From: a virus
Length of the DNA: 64,000 bases
Virus record (IMG/VR): IMGVR_UViG_3300043409_001491
Span: 1-64,000 of that record
Direction: 5' to 3' (one strand)
This document shows, in pieces, positions 19,464-29,500 of this stretch; the first letter of the stretch is position 1; each line of letters starts with the position of its first letter. Made by a program: the position numbers and the translations under genes. The notes beneath the pieces were generated by a model. That model was not told where the DNA came from. It was given only the letters and a program-made list of their open reading frames with translations, and ran no database searches.

Positions 19464-19464
19464 T

Positions 19465-19540
19465 TGGCTGGGGATGCAGGCATCGATCCTGCGACATCCG
19501 AATTAACAGTTCGGCACTCTACCATCTGAGTTAATCCCCA
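19465..19540 (-). tRNA. tRNA-Asn(GTT)
   Basis: TGGGGAT/ATCCCCA acceptor stem, CTGTTAA loop, encoded CCA. Confidence 0.9.
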
Positions 19541-19543
19541 TTA

Positions 19544-19618
19544 GTACACCAGGTAGGACTTGAACCTACGATAGCCGAATTATGAGTTCGGTGCCTTAAC
19601 CAACTTGGCTACTGGTGC
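19544..19618 (-). tRNA. tRNA with CAT anticodon (elongator Met or Ile2)
   Basis: Cloverleaf with CTCATAA loop; lacks initiator features. Confidence 0.88.
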
Positions 19619-19967
19619 TTAAGTAGTTAATTGCTCTTTCTAATCTATCAATATTATCTTGAAATACACCAAGGCCACGGTTACAGTTGTGGCAGATATG
19701 TCCTCTAAAACTATTTGTTATGTGGTCATGATCTACTACCCAGATGCTGGCATTTCCTCCAGTACCTTTTAATTCTTCCTCATTCTTTAAACAAATAGGG
19801 CAGATGTGATCTTCTTCTGGATATCCCCAGACCTTTCTTAACTCTAGCCGCTGCTTTGCCAATTTGGAAGCACAAGACCTACACTCTGGCCTTAAATATT
19901 TTCCACCAGAAGATGGAGAAAACTGGGACTTATCTAAATCAAGCCCACATTTGCTACAAACCTTAAT
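19596..19967 (-). CDS. Endonuclease VII-like (recombination/homing) nuclease
   Basis: CPIC, VDHDH and RGHICHNCNRGLG; the frame extends upstream to an ATT, adding a CxxC...CxxC Zn finger. Confidence 0.85.
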   Translation of the reverse strand: MKVCSKCGLDLDKSQFSPSSGGKYLRPECRSCASKLAKQRLELRKVWGYPEEDHICPICLKNEEELKGTGGNASIWVVDHDHITNSFRGHICHNCNRGLGVFQDNIDRLERAINYLSTSSQVG

Positions 19968-20200
19968 TTACTTTACCTTATAGGTCATAACAAAATAACA
20001 TGCTACATACCCAGCAATAAATGCAGGGATCAAAAATAAAATGTTAATCATCTTCTTCCTCAAATTCTCTAAGGGCATTGTTATTATCATTACAATAATT
20101 ACAATCACCGTGTTCTAATCTGTTACCACAATAATTACAAAACATACTTCTCCTAACATATCTATTCTATCAGGTTTGAATGTTTATTGCAACAAAGTAA

Positions 20201-20407
20201 TTAGTATCCACCTGTGCATTCATTCCTGCTATGGTATAGCCTAATTTTTGTCATAATTTTGCGGGATGGAGCAGACATATTATCCTTACAGGCAAGACAC
20301 CTATAAGACCATTCTCCAGTAAAGAAATCATGTACATACCCTTTAGCCTTAGAATACTTTTTGGCTACAAAGGTTTGAAATGGATCTGGAATTTCTAGAT
20401 TAATCAT
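20201..20407 (-). CDS. Small Zn-finger hypothetical protein
   Basis: ORF with CxxC and His/Cys. Confidence 0.6.
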   Translation of the reverse strand: MINLEIPDPFQTFVAKKYSKAKGYVHDFFTGEWSYRCLACKDNMSAPSRKIMTKIRLYHSRNECTGGY

Positions 20408-20496
20408 GTTCTTTCATATGTCTAGATAAAGATTCATTAGCCATAATACCCCAACGAAGGTCCCATTGTTTTTTACACGTAGGGCAGGTCAAGGTT

Positions 20497-20823
20497 CTAC
20501 TCATCTTTGTCCCAATATGCTTTACCAAAAGCATCATAATCATCCCAACCTTCATCTGCCATATCAATTCTCATTTGATTTAACTCTGTTTTCCAGCCGT
20601 CCAAGTCTATAGTGTAGTATGTTCCCCATCGCTCATAAGGTTTATTAAGATACTTCCACATTTTTGCGTGGTATTTAAAGCGTAGCCCTAACTGACTATC
20701 TAAAGACTCATCCAAATCAATAGCCTTAACTAAATGATTACCAGCATAACCACCAAGAAAGTTTCCTATCCATCGTAATGGCCAGATCCTAGTTTTCTGT
20801 ATCTTTGTTGAATGCTTCAGCAT
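20497..20823 (-). CDS. Hypothetical protein
   Basis: Track ORF; start adjusted to MLKH. Confidence 0.6.
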   Translation of the reverse strand: MLKHSTKIQKTRIWPLRWIGNFLGGYAGNHLVKAIDLDESLDSQLGLRFKYHAKMWKYLNKPYERWGTYYTIDLDGWKTELNQMRIDMADEGWDDYDAFGKAYWDKDE

Positions 20824-21750
20824 CTTTAGGTACCCACACTTTCTTTCCATCTTTCCATACTGGCCAATAGCCAAGGCTACGCCAATCCATTTGAGTTATC
20901 TTAGGCTCTTTCATCCATACCCCTATCCCAAATTACCAAACACTTACTACATTGTATCCCATCTTGCCTCATATACCAAGTATGGCTACACTCTTTTGCC
21001 ATATGCACACCAAATTCTTCCATCTGTCATGGTTTGATGTAGATCCCAAAACAATGGATCTTTCTGTAACATTGCACATTTTCTACAGTCTTGAGGTTTC
21101 ATAGTTTAGCAACTAACTTAGCAGCCATCTTGAGTCCTTTTACTAATCCGTCATGGTAGTCTTGATTCTTAATGACCTTAGTAGTATCCCAAATGCGATA
21201 GGATTCTTGGTCTAATAGTTTAGATATCTCTTCATTACTCAAAGTCAACCTGACTTTCAAACATGTTAGTCATGTAGTTATCTTTTCCTCTTGCAACCTT
21301 TGCTGCAAGCATACGCATACCCAATGCATTAGTAGTTGAATCCTTAATCTCAATGGCTTCAATAGCACTGGCAATCTCTTCTCGTAATGTCATTTCGTCT
21401 ATGCTCATGTACTAAGCATATCAGATTTTCAACGGTATGTCAAGAATGTTCCTTACACACAGGCATAAGATTATTGTGAACAGATAAGGCAGATAAAAGG
21501 TTTATCATTAGATTTAATAAATATCTGTAAACATTTACTACAGGCTACTTTATAACCCATAAACCTACTACAGGATGATTCTAACTTGTTCATATGCTCC
21601 ACCATGATGGGTTTTGATTAAACAGGCCATACTTTTCTATATGTGCTTGTCTTAGTGCTTCTTGATGTTGTGAGTTATTTTCATGAGTATCTTTACCGCA
21701 GTATGGACATAGGTCAGAGCCAACTAATTCATAGACATGGCTGCAGTGCT

Positions 21751-21942
21751 TCATTTACAAGCCATGCAGTAAAAAGGTGATCTAAGATTATCTTTGTGAG
21801 TTACTATGTTTTGAGCACACTCAAAGCACTTGGCTCCAACTAAATCATGTTTTTCTAAATCATAGATTGAGATTTTTAGAGTCCTGGTGTAATATAATTT
21901 AGTTAGATACCACGTTAATAATATGAGAGTTAATGTTAGCAT
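21751..21942 (-). CDS. Small membrane Zn-finger protein
   Basis: Leaderless after TGATAGAAT; TM segment plus two CxxC. Confidence 0.6.
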   Translation of the reverse strand: MLTLTLILLTWYLTKLYYTRTLKISIYDLEKHDLVGAKCFECAQNIVTHKDNLRSPFYCMACK

Positions 21943-22061
21943 AACTCTATTCTATCACATTAGGGTTTGTCATGTCATCATCCATAGCCCCGCAATTAGA
22001 GCAGGTTACTTGACCATCAAGGTCTAGTTGATAGTCGCATCCATATTTGTTACATAAGGCA

Positions 22062-22253
22062 TCAGTCATTTTTTAATCCCCTAATAAATTCTACCAATTG
22101 ATCACAATCACAACGATCTAATCCATGGTGGTTTGACCACTCTTTATTAAAATCTGATCCATCATCATGTCTTTTTTGTACGGCTAGGGCAATTCTTTCT
22201 CGCTCTTCTATGGCAGAATTACCACAAGTCCAACAGGTATCTATGCTGCTCAT
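22062..22253 (-). CDS. Hypothetical protein
   Basis: ORF in a run of small genes. Confidence 0.55.
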   Translation of the reverse strand: MSSIDTCWTCGNSAIEERERIALAVQKRHDDGSDFNKEWSNHHGLDRCDCDQLVEFIRGLKND

Positions 22254-22603
22254 TTTAGATCCTTAGATACTAAATACTTGTCCATAAGTTCATTAAATAC
22301 TTTTTTGCATTTCTCATCATTCCAGCCATTTTCCATGCCAGTAGTTGATACCGCTTCTCTTAATTTACGGCTGTACCAGAATAAGTCGTTCATATATTTT
22401 TTTCAAGTTTATCAAGACGGTCTTTTAAAGGTTTTAGCATATGTAAAACCATAATAAAATCTAAGCCTAAGCCTAGAAATAAACCAAATAAAAACCATAG
22501 TAATGAGTTCATATATACATCATACCATTCGGCGAAAAAATTGTCAAGTCTTTAAAGTTCGGCGGAAATAGAGTAACAAACCTTCTCATGCCCTACACGG
22601 GCA

Positions 22604-22810
22604 CTATTGGTTAGTATCCCCAATATGCGATACTTCTACAGGAAAGACATACTTAGTCTTGTTTACAATTGCAGCAGAGACCTTACGGCCACCCACTCTG
22701 ATTACAGGTTTAGACTTCATAGGCTTGCGCTTACCTTTGATCCTAGGGCCTTGCCTATGCATGTTCCTAGTAGTAGGCAAAGATGTCACAAATAGGTTAG
22801 GCTCTGACAT
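22604..22810 (-). CDS. Small basic hypothetical protein
   Basis: Track ORF; start adjusted to MSEP. Confidence 0.5.
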   Translation of the reverse strand: MSEPNLFVTSLPTTRNMHRQGPRIKGKRKPMKSKPVIRVGGRKVSAAIVNKTKYVFPVEVSHIGDTNQ

Positions 22811-22969
22811 TATCTTTCTTTGCATTTCTTTTTGCCCAAGCCAGTTTATGTTGTTTTTCAAGAGCACGGTATTCATCTGAAGGTGGGCACTCATTACACC
22901 AATGATAACTGGTAAAGTAAGGCTCCCCACGCTTATGGGCACACATTGAACTTTTCATAATATCTCCTT

Positions 22970-23185
22970 TTAATAGTTTCTATATTTCCAATTTAGCAGG
23001 GTATAGACAAACTCTCCATACCAAGTCTTACTACAACGCTTAATGCCATCTTCCCCATAATGATCATACATAAATAGGATTAGTTTGGCTTTATCCCTGG
23101 TTCTAGTCACCTTACCGCAAGAGATGCATGATTCAAAGATATACTTGGGCAAAGGTTTGTCAAAGTCTACATCGTTTTTCTTCAT
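22970..23185 (-). CDS. Hypothetical protein
   Basis: Coupled to the upstream ORF by TAATG. Confidence 0.6.
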   Translation of the reverse strand: MKKNDVDFDKPLPKYIFESCISCGKVTRTRDKAKLILFMYDHYGEDGIKRCSKTWYGEFVYTLLNWKYRNY

Positions 23186-23418
23186 TATATTTGTTCCTTA
23201 GCATACATGATTTTAAACTCTAACTCATCCCTATTTTCTGCAACTGTTCTGGCTGTCCAGTTAATCAGAGATATGGTTCTAGTTATATCATTATGAGATA
23301 CATGCTCAGACTGAGCAGCCTCAAGGTATCTGGATATGTCATTTTTGAGGTTTTCTAAAACAAATGCGAAATCCTCTTCGTATTGATGAATTTGCTTTTT
23401 ATTTTTTTTAGTAATCAT
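23185..23418 (-). CDS. Hypothetical protein
   Basis: Leaderless; TTGACT/TATGAT promoter. Confidence 0.65.
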   Translation of the reverse strand: MITKKNKKQIHQYEEDFAFVLENLKNDISRYLEAAQSEHVSHNDITRTISLINWTARTVAENRDELEFKIMYAKEQI

Positions 23419-23692
23419 AACTCAATCATATCAAAAAATTCGGGGAAAGTCAAGAAAGACCCCATTATCCCTAGTATAAACACATCATGGTATACATAGC
23501 GTACAAAAACAGTTTACTTCGTGATAGTGTGCTGGATTACATCTAGGACATTTGCTTGTTGGTTGCTCAATATAGTAGGCAACCTTAAACATTAAACCAC
23601 AGTTAAAGCATAGGATATTTGCCATGTATCCAGCATATCACAGATAGCCAGAGAGATCAATACCGTTTGAAATATGGGATGGTTTGACATAG

Positions 23693-23755
23693 TTATCCAC
23701 AGGTGGGAGGCGTGGTTTGATAGAGTTATCCACAGATTTACTATAGTTATCCACA
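23693..23755 (+). promoter_or_regulatory. Three perfect DnaA boxes
   Basis: TTATCCACA at 23693, 23726 and 23747. Confidence 0.85.
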
Positions 23756-23790
23756 GGTTAAATGTTACTGATATTTTTTAGATTTATCTT

Positions 23791-23820
23791 AAAGTGGAGC
23801 AAAGTGGAGGATAGTGGGTT
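23791..23820 (+). promoter_or_regulatory. MraZ-like 10-bp-periodic direct repeats
   Basis: AAAGTGGAGC AAAGTGGAGG ATAGTGGGTT. Confidence 0.6.
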
Positions 23821-24310
23821 ATTGGGCGTTTATACAGATGGCGTCGTAATGTCTAACAGCGGCCAAACCTCCTATCATAAAACCTTCACATTGTCAAACC
23901 TTACAAACCTTGGCATTATACCCCCAAACCTCCCATTTGTCAACTCTAAAACCCTACACAAAATGGCAGAAAATGTCCAATAAAATCATATAAAGGTTTG
24001 ATAATATTGATAATATCTAGAAAACCAGGGAAAAATATATAGTCTTCGTAATGTCTTTTAACCTATAGGGTTTGGTATATCTTCTGATCCCCGCCTGCAA
24101 ATGTGTAACAGGATTAGGACTTATGCTGGCGCCGCAGGACCGCCAAAATGCGGCGGTATAAAGAAGGATACGATTTACTCCTAGTATAACTACGAGAGTT
24201 ACCAAACCTTGCAAAGTATCTTTTAGGCATACAATAATTATACACTGGTTTGAAGGTTTGTCCATGAATCTGGAAAAATTATAAAAAGATCGTAATGTTT
24301 TTTTAAGGTT

Positions 24311-24592
24311 TTACTGCTGCTCGGATGATGCGATCTCAAGCAGTTCATCAAGGGTCATGCCCTCCATGATGTCATCAGGATCTACTTTAAGGGATCCAAT
24401 GAACATATCAAAGGTATCTATAACATACCTGCGTCCATCATCTGATAACTCTACTATCAAACCTTCACTTGTCAAAAAAGCCAGGGGAAGGCCAAGATCA
24501 TTAAACTCTACAAAATCTCTAAACTCTTTACTATCACCATAGTTAGCATGTAGTTCACCTAATATTCCACATACCGTTTCAAAATTAACCAT
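24311..24592 (-). CDS. Hypothetical acidic protein
   Basis: Leaderless after TGCTATACT. Confidence 0.75.
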   Translation of the reverse strand: MVNFETVCGILGELHANYGDSKEFRDFVEFNDLGLPLAFLTSEGLIVELSDDGRRYVIDTFDMFIGSLKVDPDDIMEGMTLDELLEIASSEQQ

Positions 24593-24740
24593 AGTTCAAG
24601 TATAGCAGATTCCCTGGTTCTGGGAAAAATAAGGTTTGATCGTAATAAGGTTTGAAGGTTTGGCTCGGGCCTCGGGCCCTGCCATTTCTGGCAGCCCCCA
24701 TTCCTAATGGATTGCTCAGCCCCCGCAGGGGCATTGCGTT

Positions 24741-24974
24741 TTATAAAATCTTATCGCTATAATAACCTAGCCTGTTATATTCCACAACTTCTTTATTATA
24801 TTCTGCTGCCTCTAATACTTCAAGTGCTCTACGATAAATTAAATATGGTTGAGCAACTGCAAGATATTTTCCTACTGCTTCAAGGTCTAGCGAATAATCT
24901 GATAACTGCTTGCCAATAGCAATAGCAACTTTTTCCTCTTTGCTTATACCTAGTTTAAGACCTCTCATCCTCAT
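24741..24974 (-). CDS. Hypothetical protein
   Basis: After TGATACAAT. Confidence 0.7.
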   Translation of the reverse strand: MRMRGLKLGISKEEKVAIAIGKQLSDYSLDLEAVGKYLAVAQPYLIYRRALEVLEAAEYNKEVVEYNRLGYYSDKIL

Positions 24975-25050
24975 CCCTCCATTGTATCAAAAAAAGAGGT
25001 GGAGGGCAACCCACCACAGTTCGCCCCCCACCATAAGTGCGAGAGTGACC

Positions 25051-25413
25051 CTACTCCCCCACTAGCGCAACGACAGGTTTATAAGCCTGTACAAATAGGT
25101 CCCAGTCAGCCTTAACGTTTCCGTCAATAACAACTTCCTGAATAATGTCAACTATAACGGTTTGATCACCTAGGTCAGATGATGTATCATTAATAGCATA
25201 AATTCCAAAGCCTGTCTCACTTAGGACGGAGTCTTGAATAAGATAACTAATAATCATACGTGTTACATAAGACTCATCGCTCCAACGTGGACGTGCATGG
25301 TCCAGCGCCATTGCTAGGTCTCTCTGCCATTCATCCTGACCCCAGTGACTGTAGAGCACTACTGCAGGTTTGTCTTCTCTGTCTTTAAATACAAAGTGAA
25401 TCCGTGCTCCCAT
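25051..25413 (-). CDS. Hypothetical phage protein
   Basis: AAGGA RBS; MGAR...LYSHWG. Confidence 0.75.
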   Translation of the reverse strand: MGARIHFVFKDREDKPAVVLYSHWGQDEWQRDLAMALDHARPRWSDESYVTRMIISYLIQDSVLSETGFGIYAINDTSSDLGDQTVIVDIIQEVVIDGNVKADWDLFVQAYKPVVALVGE

Positions 25414-25423
25414 TTTTATATCC

Positions 25424-25603
25424 TTACTTTGGTAGGCACTTAGTGATTCGCCAGTACTTCCAGCAATCCATGCCCTTATGCTCAAAGTACTTAGATATTG
25501 CAGGCATGTTTAAACGTGTAGGAACAACAGGGTCTGCAGCAAACGTTGGTGTTGCAGTCAGTGTAAGTCCTACTGTAATTAATACCGCTACTACTTTTTT
25601 CAT
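25424..25603 (-). CDS. Small protein with a signal-peptide-like N-terminus
   Basis: MKKVVAVLITVGLTLTATPTFA. Confidence 0.5.
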   Translation of the reverse strand: MKKVVAVLITVGLTLTATPTFAADPVVPTRLNMPAISKYFEHKGMDCWKYWRITKCLPK

Positions 25604-25638
25604 TATATTCCATTCTCTAGTTTGTGTGTTGTTTAACA

Positions 25639-25821
25639 TTACTCTGCTTCTTCCTCTTCTATGTCTGTTACTTCTAGTGGATACCAATCATATGCATAGT
25701 CCTCAACATTTTCACTTAACTCTATGCGGTTCATCTCATCAAGTGCTTCTTGCTCTGATTCTGCCTCAATTTCAAACTCATAGTGAATTTCTCTAGTGGC
25801 AGTTATTCTGTATAGTGACAT
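25639..25821 (-). CDS. Small acidic hypothetical protein
   Basis: EIEAESEQEA motif; RBS. Confidence 0.7.
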   Translation of the reverse strand: MSLYRITATREIHYEFEIEAESEQEALDEMNRIELSENVEDYAYDWYPLEVTDIEEEEAE

Positions 25822-26256
25822 TTACTTCTCCAATCCTACTAAGGTCATTTCTTCAATGGTAGCACAGTTAGGGCATTTTTCCAAATCGTGCTCTTGGAAG
25901 GCATCTCTGATAAGATTATCAGGGTCTTCTAATTCTGAATCACAGTTCTCGCAGTAATACCACGGTATACCAACTTGAATCTGTATAGTAGTATTATCAG
26001 GGAAAGGAACCTCAGTGACAAAGTATCCTATTCGATTAACAAATCCCCAGCCAGACCAGATGTACAGGCCACCGTCGTCTCCGTCACCAAGCATCCAGAT
26101 ACGGTTTTCATCCTGCGTCTTGACAAACTCTACCTCAGAGCCATAGGTCTCAAACATGTGGCCATCAAATGAAGAGGTAACGTCAATGTGATTCTTGATA
26201 GGCTTATAAGTGTTAAACCATTCATCTTCTGTAAGTTCAATAAAGTTATCAGTCAT
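25822..26256 (-). CDS. Hypothetical protein with a C-terminal Zn ribbon
   Basis: FETYG; two CxxC. Confidence 0.75.
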   Translation of the reverse strand: MTDNFIELTEDEWFNTYKPIKNHIDVTSSFDGHMFETYGSEVEFVKTQDENRIWMLGDGDDGGLYIWSGWGFVNRIGYFVTEVPFPDNTTIQIQVGIPWYYCENCDSELEDPDNLIRDAFQEHDLEKCPNCATIEEMTLVGLEK

Positions 26257-26467
26257 TGTCTTCTGCTAACTCTACCGTGCAGATATAGTATTTGCCTAAG
26301 AAAATATTATATGCTGCTTCAAGGCCATCTACAAACCCTCTGGCCTCTGTACGTTCCATGGATAGCATTGCGTCCCCATAGTCGCCGTCTTCTTCTTCCT
26401 TGGCTATCTCTAAGAAATCTAAAGTAGCCTTGTCAATCATCTGTTCTAACATTTCTTGCGGGGTCAT
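26249..26467 (-). CDS. Small acidic hypothetical protein
   Basis: GGAG RBS; coupled gene. Confidence 0.7.
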   Translation of the reverse strand: MTPQEMLEQMIDKATLDFLEIAKEEEDGDYGDAMLSMERTEARGFVDGLEAAYNIFLGKYYICTVELAEDND

Positions 26468-26706
26468 CGCTTCTCCTCTATGTTTTTGCGGTCTATAGAT
26501 AAATTATAGGTCATGCAGTATACATTTGTCAAGGCCTCTAGATACCCTTCCAAAAACCTATCGTCATTGTCTCCGTCCATAACTTCTTCTGTCTCCAGCA
26601 TTTCAACCTTTAGGTAGCCGTGGATAACATCAATTAATGGGATAGTTATATCTTCAAGGGACTTAACTAAATATTCAGGGATAAAAGGATACTTATCACT
26701 CATCAA
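26464..26706 (-). CDS. Small acidic hypothetical protein
   Basis: GGAGG RBS; coupled gene. Confidence 0.7.
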   Translation of the reverse strand: MMSDKYPFIPEYLVKSLEDITIPLIDVIHGYLKVEMLETEEVMDGDNDDRFLEGYLEALTNVYCMTYNLSIDRKNIEEKR

Positions 26707-27536
26707 TAACCTCCAGTATATGGTCTAGACAAACGATTGCTCCAGTTAAATAGTTATAGGTTGCGTCCTTGCTTGGTAGGTCTTCAAGGCTATCCCTATC
26801 CTGTACTATGGATATGCGGTGTATCTTGATATATTCTCGTAGTGTTTTTATGTTCATATATTAATTATAGTGGTTTGGGCTGACAGGGTCAAGTTCTACA
26901 GGTGTGATGTTGGTCACTTCCCTGGACAGTTCATGTGAAAGTATACTATTAGCATATGCTCAGGATCTGTTGTGGTTGCTCCACATGTGTTACAGGACCA
27001 AGATTGTTTAGCCATTAGCAGTCCTCACATAGTACATCGCCATAAGGAATAGATTTGCCACACTCACAACACCAAGACTCATCTTTCATCCCCATTAATC
27101 AAAGTACCCTTCTGCCCATAGCCCCTGGAGAAACTCTCTAGTAGTAACTAGGTAGTTATAGATAGCAGGGTGCTCATCAGAGTTGATTAATAGTATAGCG
27201 TTATCAACACCATATGTCATGTTGTTTAAGTCTTCTAATTCATAGCCTAACATTAGCCTACCCCCAGTATTCTAAGATAGTTTGCATGGTAGTATGTATT
27301 ACGCAGTCACAGTCTCCACCCATGTTATCCATGAATTCAAGATGTGAGTAGTTGTCGTTGTAGATTTCATCTACGAGTTCGCTTATTGTGTATGGTTTGA
27401 ATGTTGTTTGAGTCATGTATTAATTATCGCATGAAACTGGGAAAATGTCAACTCTTCCGTAATGAAGATTTGAGAAAAATAACACTGTTACGTAATAAGA
27501 GTTGTAACAAAATGTTATAAAACCCGAGCCAACCTT

Positions 27537-27611
27537 GCGATTCCAACGGGACTTGAACCCGTAGCCTCTACCGTGACAGGGTAGCGATCTAACCAATTGA
27601 TCTATGGAATC
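27537..27611 (-). tRNA. tRNA-Asp(GTC)
   Basis: GATTCCA/TGGAATC acceptor stem, CTGTCAC loop, GTTCAAGTC. Confidence 0.92.
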
Positions 27612-27615
27612 TTGC

Positions 27616-27643
27616 GAGCAGTTTTAAATCTTGCTCAGGATTT
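27616..27643 (-). ncRNA. H-type pseudoknot motif, copy 1 (others at 28829, 29513, 30113, 32915)
   Basis: AAAUC-CUGAGCAA-GAUUU-AAAAC-UGCUC; P1 covaries across five copies. Confidence 0.65.
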
Positions 27644-27647
27644 TTTA

Positions 27648-28664
27648 CTATGCGAGTTGCATTACATTCTGTACAACTTTTAGCAAACGATTTTTTTCTG
27701 CATTGATAGCAGGGTCAAATCCGCTTGCACTTGCTAGGATTGATTCATTAGAACCACCACGAGCAGAACGATACCAATCAAGACGCTCAGTTAGCGCATT
27801 GAAAGCACCCCACGCATTACCAGCAATCATGCCGTTATATTCGCCAGTGTAAATGTCATTGATAACATCTATTTTGTTTTCCCACTTCTTTACAGCACCC
27901 TTAGAATCTTTTTCAGGTTTTGCATAAGCAGCAAGAATAATATCGTTGAATTGCTTGGCAGAAACTTCTTTTTCAATCATAGCCTTAGCCATGATATCAA
28001 ATGCGTCCATGTACTTGTTAGCCATGCCAAGGGTCTCACGAGCAACTTGCACCTTACCGCTTGCAGTTTGTGTGTGACGAATCTTGAATGATTGCTTTAC
28101 GCCACCCTTGACTTTTTTCTGATTAAGTGCAAGATTGAGAGTGTTAGCGCATACTACACGAACAGGTGTGATACTTGCTTGAATAGCGATAGAACCATCG
28201 TGTGATGTATTGATAAGCAAATAAGTCTTTACCTTATCTGCAACACCGCTAGGGTCTAGAATTGTCTCACGCTCTAGTGCAAGAGAACCAAATACAACAC
28301 GTCCACCCTTGATTGCGCCAGCAGTTTCCCAACGTCCACCACCATCTAGAATGTTATCACCAAATGAGAATAAATCTTCATTCTGCATTACATGGTAACG
28401 CTCACCAACAACACCAAGAATGTCTGTCTGTGAATTATCTGTAGGGTTAGTACGCAATACATATTGATATTGTTTATCACTTGTTAAGTGTGATGGAGTA
28501 ATCATATCCTCTAGACGAACATTCCAGCCATTAAGATTTGCTGCTTCCAGCATTTCGATAGTAGATTTTTCTTCTGTGAATACGGTACCCAATCCATGCC
28601 AAGCAGGCTCACGGAAAGAGGCGAAAGATTCTTTTCCGTTTTGTGTTTCTATGTCATGTGCCAT
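27648..28664 (-). CDS. DUF932-family phage/plasmid protein
   Basis: PAWHGLG, ETAGAIKGG, NTSHDGS, RVVCANTL and IRHT. Confidence 0.9.
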   Translation of the reverse strand: MAHDIETQNGKESFASFREPAWHGLGTVFTEEKSTIEMLEAANLNGWNVRLEDMITPSHLTSDKQYQYVLRTNPTDNSQTDILGVVGERYHVMQNEDLFSFGDNILDGGGRWETAGAIKGGRVVFGSLALERETILDPSGVADKVKTYLLINTSHDGSIAIQASITPVRVVCANTLNLALNQKKVKGGVKQSFKIRHTQTASGKVQVARETLGMANKYMDAFDIMAKAMIEKEVSAKQFNDIILAAYAKPEKDSKGAVKKWENKIDVINDIYTGEYNGMIAGNAWGAFNALTERLDWYRSARGGSNESILASASGFDPAINAEKNRLLKVVQNVMQLA

Positions 28665-28903
28665 GAGTTTTTTCCTTTTCTGTTGATTGTTTATACTAAG
28701 TTTAGCAGACAGGGCTGACAAAGTCAAATCGTCCTAGCAGACAGGGGACAATCTGGACATTTCTTAAAGTGTCGTAAATCACATGTGATCTTGGTCACAC
28801 CCCCCGAGTTTTTTATGGCAAAAAAATTAAGCAGTTTACATGGCCATGCTCAGGGCCCTTGCCTAGTTTAAAGACATTCGGCATGTCTATTAGTAGCCCC
28901 CTA

Positions 28904-29329
28904 CTAAATATCTATTCTGTCAACACTGGCTGACAACCAAGAAATATTATCTGAGTTATATTGAACGGTATCAAAATCAATATCGTGAATTGTATTCTGT
29001 GCAGACTCCTCATCACGAGCATTAACTGTAACTGAATAAAGAACTGTAACTTCTAGTTCAAATTCTTTAGTTAGTTCAAAGCCCATAATTTCAGCAATTT
29101 GTTCTGCTTGAGATTCAGAGATATCTTCATTCTCTAATTCTTTAAGGGTCCAGTCTTGCATTCCCTCAACCATACGGTTACGGTCTGCAGAATCTGTATA
29201 TGAACGTTGTGTTACTTTTTGGATGTGCTCTTCAAGATTAGCAATGCGCTCATCCTTGATTTGAATCTGAGACTTAAGAAAGTCTTCTGTAGCATTTATG
29301 ATTGTTACTGATGTTTCTGCTTGGTCCAT
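28904..29329 (-). CDS. Hypothetical protein
   Basis: AGAGG RBS after a TGTCAG promoter. Confidence 0.75.
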   Translation of the reverse strand: MDQAETSVTIINATEDFLKSQIQIKDERIANLEEHIQKVTQRSYTDSADRNRMVEGMQDWTLKELENEDISESQAEQIAEIMGFELTKEFELEVTVLYSVTVNARDEESAQNTIHDIDFDTVQYNSDNISWLSASVDRIDI

Positions 29330-29417
29330 GAGGGGCCTCTTTCTGTAGTTGGTTAGTTTAATTATACCGCTGGCCACTGACATTTGTCAAGGGCCCTGGA
29401 TCCTGGGAAAAGGGGTA

Positions 29418-29500
29418 GATGGCGGTGTGCCGTTATGACTCAATACCCTTTGGTTAAAGGGTCACACTCTTACCTATGCCGTCGGAACGGACAGACCATC
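29418..29500 (-). ncRNA. Putative structured RNA
   Basis: Nested stems GAUGG/CCAUC, CCGUU/AACGG, GUGAC/GUCAU and CCUUU/AAAGG in an ORF-free gap. Confidence 0.4.

Larger units (their letters stand above)
23681..24662. repeat. Dispersed CAAACC/GGTTTG iteron-like repeats; candidate replication origin
   Basis: About 15 exact hexamers in both orientations within 1 kb of mostly non-coding DNA next to DnaA boxes. Confidence 0.6.

Noticed and set aside
23762-24265. Track ORFs 23762..23983 and 24017..24265
   Set aside because: No RBS, atypical composition, and they overlap the repeat/operator block
24028-24645. ECF sigma (SigR/SigH-type) promoters from GGAA...CGT
   Set aside because: The spacing is several bases shorter than the GGAA-N18/19-GTT consensus
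27616-27643. Hammerhead or HDV-like ribozyme reading of the CUGAG...AAAC motif
   Set aside because: It lacks the CUGANGA/GAAA three-stem core and the nested double pseudoknot; an H-type pseudoknot fits all five copies better
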